Assembly (NCBI RefSeq): GCF_006345805.1
Contig: NW_021825895.1
Coordinates: forward strand, 1-14,042
Direction: 5' to 3'
From: Octopus sinensis
Taxonomy: Eukaryota
Length of the DNA: 14,042 nt
How positions within the stretch are numbered: the first letter of the stretch is position 1; every line of letters starts with the position of its first letter. Shown here piece after piece: positions 1 through 7,415 of this stretch. The notes beneath the pieces are model-generated. The model saw nothing but the letters and a program-made list of their open reading frames with translations, searched no databases and had not been told where the DNA came from. A program made the translations under genes and the position numbers.

Positions 1-438
1 TGTACGCACGACACTCACCTGTTTATCATCATACATTATGTCTCACATACCTGTACGGTACACTAAAGCAATGAACGCATGACACACACGCCCTCGTAGA
101 CACAGAGACAAAGTGACAGGTACACACTCACACACACAAACACACATGTATCCACACACATGTGTCCACACACACACTATATTTACAAACAAAAAACCAA
201 CCCGTAAACACCTCACGGAGAGATGCGGAGAAACGATGACATTCAACAAAATACAGCGTCTTTCGGTTCATATTATAATCATTGAAAATTACTGTATATT
301 TCTGTTTTCCTTACGCAACGGTCTACGGTTTATGTGTTTGTGTATGACGGCAGTTACGTCTATATATTTATATTAACATGTTGTAGTATTCGATTGTAGT
401 GCAGTAACAACGAAATACATTGAACACTCCGGGTGACT

Positions 439-486
439 GCGGAAGTGACGTGATTATTTCAAAAATGGCGTCGAACACGTGATTAT
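439..486. promoter_or_regulatory. Housekeeping-type (possibly bidirectional) RNA polymerase II promoter motif cluster
   Basis: Within 48 bp: GCGGAAGTG (ETS, 439-447) overlapping TGACGTGA (CRE/E-box hybrid, 446-453), CAAAAATGGCG (YY1-like, 460-470) and CACGTG (E-box, 476-481). ACGTGATTAT occurs twice (448-457, 477-486). The cluster is locally CpG-rich, lies in non-repetitive DNA and is followed by an AT-rich stretch. No transcript evidence is available. Confidence 0.6.
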
Positions 487-783
487 GCATTAACCGGATT
501 GATAAATAAATAAAAGTCGAAGAACTATAAACAACCAGTGAATAAATAATTGAATGACAACTAATCAGAAAACAAGTAGTTAATTAAAAATTAATGAAAG
601 ACGATTAATTTACCGTTAACGAAGTTACTTAGAAAATGGATGTATGAATTCGGTTGGCAGATAAATGTATATGTTTGTAAACAGAGAGGCATGCATGCAC
701 GTATACTTTTTCGTTCACACAAAAGGTGCAGCTATCAGTACGCACACACAAACGCATGCAGGGGTCACACATCTACGCACAGG

Positions 784-925
784 TATGTGTGTGTGTGTGT
801 GTGTGTGTTCTATGTGTACAAATGCGTGTATGATTATTTATGTATGTATGATACATGTATATGTGTGTATGCATTATGCATTAGTATGTAGGTTTACCGT
901 GGTGTGTGTGTGCGTGTGTGTGTGA
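784..925. repeat. (GT)n and degenerate GT/AT dinucleotide microsatellites
   Basis: GT runs at about 784-808 and 901-924 with degenerate ATGT/GTAT units between them. Confidence 0.9.
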
Positions 926-1151
926 GAGTTTATACTATATATGTTTGGATTTGCATATCTATTTAACTATCTATTTATCTTTCTAGTTATTTATTTATCT
1001 AGATAGCTATTAGTCTCTCACTCTCTTTCTCTTTCTGTCTAAACATATATATGTGTGTGTATGTATACTTACATATAAACATACATATGCGTTCAGATAT
1101 AGATGTATATTATACATAGGTGTGTGTGTGTATAAACGTAGGAGTGGCTGT

Positions 1152-1310
1152 GTTCTGAGCTCAAATTCCGCCGAGGTCGACTTTGCCTTTCGTCCTTTCG
1201 GAGACGATAGATTAAGTACAAGTACAACACTGGGGTTGATACAATCGACCAATATCCTTCCCCCTAATTTAAACCCTTGTGCCTATGGTAGAAAGGATTG
1301 TTATCATCAT
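1152..1310 (+). mobile_element. tRNA-derived SINE, family A (octopus-type), 5'-truncated copy
   Basis: GTTCTGAGCTCAAATTCCGCCGAGGTCGACTTTGCCTTTCGTCCTTTCGG...ATTAAGTAC...ACTGGGGTTGAT aligns, with about 16 mismatches in 98 nt by eye, to the reverse complement of 3959-4056. It includes the B-box-like GAGYTCAAATTCC. Confidence 0.85.
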
Positions 1311-1318
1311 GATCGAAT

Positions 1319-1419
1319 GGCGAGCTTGCAAAATCGTTAGCTGACCAGGCTGATAAATGTAATTTGACTTGATCGATTTTGTCCCGAAATTGCTGGCCTT
1401 GTGCCAAAATTTGAAACCA
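1319..1419 (+). mobile_element. SINE family A, internally deleted copy
   Basis: Head GGCGAGCTTGCAAAATCGTTAG (compare the reverse complement of 4277-4298, GGCGAGCTGGCAGAATCGTTAG) is joined almost directly to the tail CCCGAAATTGCTGGCCTTGTGCCAAAATTTGAAACCA, which is shared with the neighbouring copies. Confidence 0.7.
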
Positions 1420-1440
1420 GGGGGCTAGCAATAGCAGAGG

Positions 1441-1670
1441 AGGCGAGTCGGCACGATTGTTAACAAGGCAGAATTGTTAGAAATGTCAAGTGTCATTTCA
1501 TCCATCTTTACTTTCTAAGTTCAAATTCCGATGAAGTCGACTTTGCCATTAATCGTTTCGAGGGGACGCCGATAAAACAAGTACCAACGAAATACTGGGG
1601 TTGATTTAATCGACTGAATACCTCTCCCGAAACTGATGGTCACGTGTCAAAATTTGAAGCGATTATTAGT
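1441..1670 (+). mobile_element. SINE family A, diverged near-full-length copy
   Basis: GGCGAG head, then TTCTAAGTTCAAATTCCGATGAAGTCGACTTTGCC, GATAAAACAAGTACC, ACTGGGGTTGATTTAATCGACT and the tail CCCGAAACTGATGGTCACGTGTCAAAATTTGAA, all colinear with the other copies. Confidence 0.75.
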
Positions 1671-1684
1671 AATAGGAAAGACGA

Positions 1685-1890
1685 TGACCTGGAAGAATCT
1701 TTAGCACGCCGGGCAAAATGCTAAAGGGACATTTCTGTTCGTCTTTACGCTCAGAGTTCTATTTTGCTTCTCATCCATTTGAGGTTGATAAAATAAATAC
1801 TAGTTAAGCACTGCGGTTAATATTATCGACTTAACCTCCCTACCGAAATTGCTGGCCCTGAGCTAAAAGTCTGAAGCTAACATTAATAAT
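1685..1890 (+). mobile_element. SINE family A, diverged copy with internal deletion
   Basis: GAAGAATCTTTAGCACGCCGGGCAAAATGCT head, TTTACGCTCAGAGTTC, TCATCCATTTGAGGTTGATAAAATAAATACTAGTTAAGCACTG, and the tail CCGAAATTGCTGGCCCTG. Confidence 0.75.
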
Positions 1891-1939
1891 ATTAACTAAA
1901 GCAAATTCTTAATGAATACATTAGCTCACACCACATTAC

Positions 1940-2164
1940 TCCGTAGCGAGTGTAAGGCCGGTTTCCCCTGTCTGGTGTATATATTTCGCCCTTGACGGGA
2001 CGCCGGTCTGTTTCAGGATTACTGATTTTTTTCCAGCTTAGGGGACTGGAGATACGTGAAATAAAGTGTTTTGCTCAATAAGACAACGCTTCGTTCTGTC
2101 TAGGAATTAAAACCAGTCTTACGAGCATGAATCCAGCACACTAACCACTAAGCCATGCGCCTCC
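1940..2164 (-). mobile_element. tRNA-derived SINE, family B
   Basis: The minus strand begins GGAGGCGCATGGCTTAGTGGTTAG (A box TGGCTTAGTGG, 2155-2145) with a degenerate B box GGTTTTAATTCC (2114-2103). It continues TTGAGCAAAACACTTTATTTCACG and GACCGGCGTCCCGTCAAGGG, which resemble the central domains of metazoan V/Meta-type SINEs. The 3' boundary is approximate. Confidence 0.75.
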
Positions 2165-2199
2165 GCAAAGAACAGCTTGGAAAACCATTCTAGTTTATT

Positions 2200-2414
2200 T
2201 ATTTATTTATTTAAGCACTACAACAGCAACTTTGAGGGGTTTGTGATAGATGATACGACTAAATTTAGAGCATGAGAGTTACTGGAATTTAACAACCCCA
2301 GATGGATCATAGACAAAGTTGATCTCGGCCGATTTTGATCTCACAAAGGAAATAACAGTAGGGATTATCGCAAAGTATTTTACTCGAGGCACAAACGATT
2401 CTGCCATCTTGCCG
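2200..2414 (-). mobile_element. SINE family A, old diverged copy
   Basis: AACCCCAGATGGATCATAGACAAAGTTGATCTCGGCCGATTTTGATCTC...AACGATTCTGCCATCTTGCCG is colinear with 4187-4300 (GACCCCGAAAGGATGAAAGGCAAAGCCGACCTCGGCG...AACGATTCTGCCAGCTCGCCG). Confidence 0.7.
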
Positions 2415-2425
2415 TATAAAAGAAA

Positions 2426-2600
2426 TAATCATTTCTGCTTTAGGAACAAAGCCAGCAATTTTGCGACCGAATCCAGTCCTGACTAGAACCGATTCCGTAA
2501 AATTGACAGGCAATTTTGGTGGGATTTGAAACCTGAAAACAAAGAAATACCACAAGGTATTTTTCTTCTCGATACTATAACGAGTCTTCCATCTTGATGG
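2426..2600 (-). mobile_element. SINE family A, highly diverged copy
   Basis: Tail AATCATTTCTGCTTTAGGAACAAAGCCAGCAATTTT, then TTTGGTGGGATTTGAAACC, GAAATACCACAAGGTATTT and AACGAGTCTTCCATCTTG, in the same order as the family A landmarks. Confidence 0.5.
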
Positions 2601-2629
2601 AAAGATATAAGAGAAATAAATAAAAATAG

Positions 2630-2880
2630 AAATAAAAATGGAGATGTACTTGCATAGCAAGTGACCTGATCTGAGATCATGTGCTGAAACGAAAACAATT
2701 GCAGCGTGGAAGGTGTTTATAAGCCATTTAAGAAACGCACAAAAACCGGAATTTTGCCAGTGAACAGGTCGCGGTTTCAAAGCGACGAAAATATTTTGGC
2801 CAATAAAATTTAAGTGTTGAAGAGAATCTAACGGTTTTTGTGTGTTTCTTTAATGGCTTATAAACACTTTCTACGCTGCA
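2630..2880. mobile_element. Fold-back repeat fragment, probable Penelope-like element pseudo-LTR or retrozyme remnant with an inverted segment
   Basis: 49-bp inverted repeat 2700-2748 / 2832-2880 (45/49 identical) enclosing an 83-nt spacer that carries a hammerhead-like fold. An inverted partial terminal repeat together with a hammerhead is characteristic of Penelope-like elements. The left boundary is approximate. Confidence 0.55.
2750..2810 (+). ncRNA. Type I hammerhead ribozyme-like motif (G3-C8 core variant, palindromic minimal stem III)
   Basis: Stem I GCCA (2756-2759)/TGGC (2797-2800), extended by AATTTT (2750-2755)/AAAATT (2805-2810) across a 4-nt bulge. Core GTGAACA (2760-2766) plus one extra G (2767). 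Stem II GTCGC (2768-2772)/GCGAC (2782-2786) with a 9-nt loop. GAAA (2787-2790). Palindromic AATATT (2790-2795), then H17 = U (2796). Confidence 0.6.
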
Positions 2881-3034
2881 GGAATAAAAACGGAAAATGG
2901 GAAATATACGATGGAAAGAAAAGACACAATGATAAGAAGTACAAGTGCAACGACACCTGAACACTCTGTGACATAAATGAAAACATTACATACTCATGTA
3001 CACGCGCGCACAAACACGTAGATGTCTGTAAGTA

Positions 3035-3036
<2 letters not shown>

Positions 3037-3068
<32 letters not shown>
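3037..3068. repeat. (TG)16 microsatellite
   Basis: Perfect dinucleotide run. Confidence 0.95.
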
Positions 3069-3073
<5 letters not shown>

Positions 3074-3090
3074 GTATGCATATCTATACC

Positions 3091-3274
3091 CTTTTACTTG
3101 TCTCCTTGTTTCAGTCATTTGACTGTGGCCATGCTGGAGCACCCCCTAAATCGAGCAAATCGACCCCAGGGCTAATTCTTTGTAAGCTTAGTATTTATTC
3201 TATCGGTCACTTTTGCCAAACCGCTAAGGTTACGGGGACGTAAACGCACATGCATCGGTTGTCAAGCGATGTTG
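3091..3274 (-). mobile_element. SINE family C, 5'-truncated 3' half with terminal stem-loop
   Basis: The minus strand ends GCATGGCCACAGTCAAATGACTGAAACAAG...TAAAAG, with the hairpin CAGTC-4 nt-GACTG (3112-3125) typical of LINE-recognised SINE tails. It shares ATCGACCCCAG (3159-3169) with family A (3968-3978). There is no tRNA head in this copy. Family assignment rests partly on recognition of an abundant octopus repeat. Confidence 0.65.
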
Positions 3275-3670
3275 CGACTACCCTAACAACTAAGCCACGC
3301 ACCTTCATCACGAGACAAACAACACAAACACCAAGTCCACCAACAAAAACCGCCACCTCTAAGTACCGCACCACTACTAGCACCACAGCCATTACCACTA
3401 CCACCAACACTATTATTACCAGTAGCACTATCACCTCTTTCATGAATATTACTACCACCACCACGGATGCCACCATCAGCAATATTTTTACAACTGCATT
3501 TGTGTCGGCAACAATTATACCAACATCATAAATATTATACTGACAAAAACCTCCATTGCATTTCCTGTTACATGTGACCCATACCACGGCCATGAACAGC
3601 ACTCTCACCGCCCCCCCCAAAAAAAAGAAACATCATAGCCATCCCTAATACTCTAACACTATCATTGTAA
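3275..3670. repeat. Decayed (ACC/ACT/AAC)n low-complexity sequence
   Basis: C/A-rich trinucleotide-like sequence with the same composition as 4320-10870. It is separated from that tract only by the SINE trimer. Confidence 0.8.
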
Positions 3671-3687
3671 ATTGGACGACTAAATAT

Positions 3688-4302
3688 CCTTTTCTACTCT
3701 AAGCACATGGCCCGAAATTTTCTTTGTTGTGGGGAATGGGCAGTTGATTAGATCGACCACAGTACGCAACTGGTACTTAATTTATTGACCCCGAAAGGAT
3801 GAAATGCAAAGTCGAACTCGGCGAAGTTTGAACTCAGAACGTAAACACAGACGAAATACTGATAAGCATTTTGCCCGGTGTATTAACGTTTCTTATTTCT
3901 TTATTGCCCACAATGGGCTAAAATAGAGGGGACATACAAGGACAGACAAAGGAATTAAGTCAATTACATCGACCCCAGTGCGTAACTGGTACTTAATTTA
4001 TTGACCCCGAAAGGATGAAAAGCAAAGTCGACCTCGGCGGAATTTGAACTCAGAACGTAACGGCAGACGCAATACCTATTTCTTTACTACCCACAAGGGG
4101 CTAAACACAGAGGGGACAAACAAGGACAGACAAATGGGTTAAGTCGATTACATCGAACCCAGTGCATAACTGGTACTTAATTTATCGACCCCGAAAGGAT
4201 GAAAGGCAAAGCCGACCTCGGCGAAATTTGGAACGTAACGGCAGATGAAATACCGCTAAGCATTTCACCCGGCGTGCTAACGATTCTGCCAGCTCGCCGC
4301 CG
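3688..4302 (-). mobile_element. Trimeric SINE family A insertion flanked by a 16-bp target-site duplication
   Basis: Three head-to-tail monomers: 4077-4301 (full tRNA-like head), 3894-4076 and 3688-3893. Flanks are TTGGACGACTAAATAT (3672-3687) and TTGGTCGACTAAATAT (4303-4318), 15/16 identical. Confidence 0.9.
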
Positions 4303-4700
4303 TTGGTCGACTAAATATTGTACCGTCACCAACAATAGTAAAAACCACTACAGCAGCACTGCAGCGCCACCAAGGTTAATACCACTGCAAACATTATCAC
4401 GACCACCTCCATCCACACCACCATAACTGCTACCACCACAACCACCACAATGACAATAGCTACAATCACCACAAATACGGCCACCATAATCGCTACCATC
4501 ACCCACCACGACCATTAACTCCACCACAGTTACCACAGGCCATCACCACCACCACCACCATAGCAACTACCACCATCATAATCACATCTGTAACATCCCA
4601 ACAACTACAACCACTACCACAACCACCTCGTCCGCTGGCATCGCTACTACCGTCTTGTTTCACCTCCCACCATCACAGCAAACCGCTAAGTCGACCCCAC

Positions 4701-4905
4701 GTGGTTGTTGCACCTGCTAGTATTATATCAGCTATGACACATTTAGATCACACACGAAGATTCAAATAAAGACCAATTCGAATAATCTCTGGAATTGCTT
4801 GAACACGAGAAGAATAAAAAGATAGGATGGTCACGGAAGGAAAAACCTGTGATCATAAGTCTGCGCGATCAGGGTAGACTTGGAGCTCACAGCCAGAACA
4901 ACAAC
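4701..4905 (+). mobile_element. Retroposon 3'-tail fragment ending in (AAC)n, copy 1
   Basis: Non-repetitive island homologous to 5985-6197: TGCTAG, AAAAAGATAGGATGGTCAC vs AAAAAGGTAGGGTGGTCAC (17/19) and CAGGGTAGACTTGGAGCT vs CAGGACCGACTTGGGGCT (14/18), with conserved spacing. It ends GAACAACAAC. Confidence 0.6.
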
Positions 4906-5056
4906 CGGCCGCCATCAAAAGTAACACCGCCGCCTCCAACGCTAACGTACACGCCATCTTCTACACCATTACTCACGACACCACAACCATCACTGTCACC
5001 AACACCAACAATGACAACAACAACAACAACACTTCTATAAAAAGCAACAAAAACAA

Positions 5057-5119
<63 letters not shown>
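5057..5119. repeat. (AAT)21 microsatellite
   Basis: Perfect trinucleotide run, the source of the poly-Ile/poly-Leu ORFs. Confidence 0.95.
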
Positions 5120-5120
<1 letters not shown>

Positions 5121-5984
5121 TTAATAACAACAATAACAACATCAGCGTTATCGCTTCTCTTACACAACCCGCCAACGCCGCCACCAATTGAACAACATCA
5201 AAGACGCCCGCGACACGAACCCCCGACACCATGACAAGATATTGGCAACGGTGACATGTCACCAACACCAACGCCAACGCCAACGCCAGTGCCACCACCA
5301 CCACCACCGCCGCCGCTGCCACCACCACCACCACCACCACCGCCGCCGCCATCACCAAGACAATCTCATAATGCCTCACCATCCATCATACTGCATCATC
5401 CTCTATGAGCAATGCTGGAGTAATAATTCTTACCCCACCACATCCACCACACCTACCACCACCACAGTCTCTACAATCGCCACCACCACCACCACCAATA
5501 ACAACAACAACAACAACAACAATAGCAGCAGCAACAACATCGTCGGTAAATATCGACAACTTTGCCCCTACGCACAACCAATTCCACGTCAGGAAGATAT
5601 CAGTCTCAAAGACCGCCACCACCACCACCACCACCACCACCACCACCACCACCGACACCATAAATTCTACCACCGTCGGCACAGCCCTCCTACTTACCTA
5701 TCCCCCCCCCTACGACTATATCTACTACTGTCACCTCCACCACTACCACCACCAACGTCATCCTCAGCACCACCACCACCACCACAACCACCATCACCCA
5801 CCACCCACTACCACCACCACCACCGTTCTCCATCGAATCACTTCAAATAATTGCCGAACCGGTTTCACCACCACCAGCACCACGTCACCACCACCACCAC
5901 AAGAGCAGCATCAGCAACAACAACAACGCCGGTCAACGATAATATTGCATTCCCACCACCAGCGCCACAACTAATAAAAGTCTG

Positions 5985-6197
5985 CTCATTTTGCTAGATA
6001 TAGCAGCCAAATAACCTCAAAGTTACGTCTCCTCCCCTCACCACCACCATTGCTGCCACCAACAATGCCTAAAAAAAAGAGGGCTCCGAATTCTTTGTTG
6101 AACGTAGGAAAAAGGTAGGGTGGTCACATCTAGGTTGCCTTTGATAATCGTCCTACTCTAACAGGACCGACTTGGGGCTAAAACAAAATGACAACAA
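5985..6197 (+). mobile_element. Retroposon 3'-tail fragment ending in AAC-like tail, copy 2
   Basis: TTGCTAGATATAGCAGCCAAAT...AAAAAGGTAGGGTGGTCAC...GACTTGGGGCTAAAACAAAATGACAACAA is homologous to 4701-4905, with a short ACC-type stretch inside (about 6035-6065). Confidence 0.6.
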
Positions 6198-7052
6198 TAG
6201 CCGACATACCACCACATCACCACCTCTTTCTTTTTATGCCACCATCACCACCATCGCCACTATCACCACCGCCACGACGACGACGACGACCACCACCACC
6301 ACCACCATCATACCACCGCCAACACACCCAGCTTCACTTTCATTACAATAGGAAAGCGTCAACGCATTCCCCACAAACACCCCATCACTACCAACACTAC
6401 CACCACCACCACCCACCACCACCAACACTACCACCCACTACCACCAACCATCACCATCTCCAACAACAACAAGAACACCAGCAACAACAAGGTCGTCAAT
6501 ATTTGCAGCACCTAACATCGGTAGCTCCACCACCACCACCACCACCACCACCACCACCACACCACACCACCACCACCCCACCCAACCACCACCACCACAA
6601 CCACCACCACCACAACCACCACAAACCACCACTATTATCATAATCAATACCAAACAACAATAACAGGAACAGCAACATCAAAAGTACCTCACAACTAAAA
6701 ACCACCGTCACTCGCCGCCGCACCACACTTTTAGCAACATCGCCAACTCGGGCGTCACAACCAGCACCGCCATGGTGCATCGACACCACCACCGCCATAA
6801 ATATATATATATATATCTGTTCAATTAACAGTATCTCCACCGTAATCACCACAGCGTCTCCGCCACCACCACCATCACTACCATCTCTACCACCACAGCC
6901 CCCACAGCTACTACCAACATCACAACTACCACCACAACCACCAACACCACCAGCACCAACATCTCCACCACCTCCACCAATATAACTACTGCCATCACGA
7001 CTCCTACAGCTATCACCACCACCTGCACCACCACCACAACCACCACTACAAC

Positions 7053-7415
7053 CACAACCACCAGCACCACCAGCACCACCGCCACAACCATCACCACTAT
7101 CTCCACCATCAAAACCACCATCACAACCACCACCACCACCACCACCACCATCACCACACCCGCAACCACCACCACCACCACCACAACCACCAGCACCACC
7201 AGCACACCACCATTTTCACCACCACAACCACCACCAACCCACAACCACCAGCACCACCAGCACCACCTCCACAACCATCACCACTATCTCCACCATCACA
7301 ACCACCACCACCACCACCACCACAATCACCACACCCGCAAACACCACCACCACCACCACAACCACCAGCACCACTAGCACACCACCATTTTCACCACCAC
7401 AACCACCACCACCAC
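7053..7415. repeat. Tandem duplication, two units of about 175-187 bp
   Basis: Rare marker words recur at a fixed offset: CCACTATCTCCACCATC at 7094 and 7281, CACACCCGCAA in both units, CATTTTCACC at 7211 and 7386. Confidence 0.85.

Noticed and set aside
465-482. ATGGCG in strong Kozak context as a gene start
   Set aside because: Stops after five codons (MASNT) with no splice donor before the stop; better explained as the YY1-like motif.
2100-2164. tRNA gene
   Set aside because: An A box and a degenerate B box are present but there is no complete cloverleaf, and it continues into a SINE body. The same applies to the head at 4230-4301.
2307-2964. 157-aa and shorter minus-strand ORFs in complex-looking sequence
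   Set aside because: They run across decayed SINE copies and the fold-back element; no recognisable RT, GIY-YIG or other motif.
3688-4302. CRISPR-like array of repeats
   Set aside because: Units are about 180-225-bp SINE monomers without unique spacers; eukaryotic context and no cas genes.
7058-7260. Multiple CCACCAGC (reverse complement of the E. coli Chi site)
   Set aside because: An expected single-substitution variant of (CCA)n; the motif has no established role in animals.
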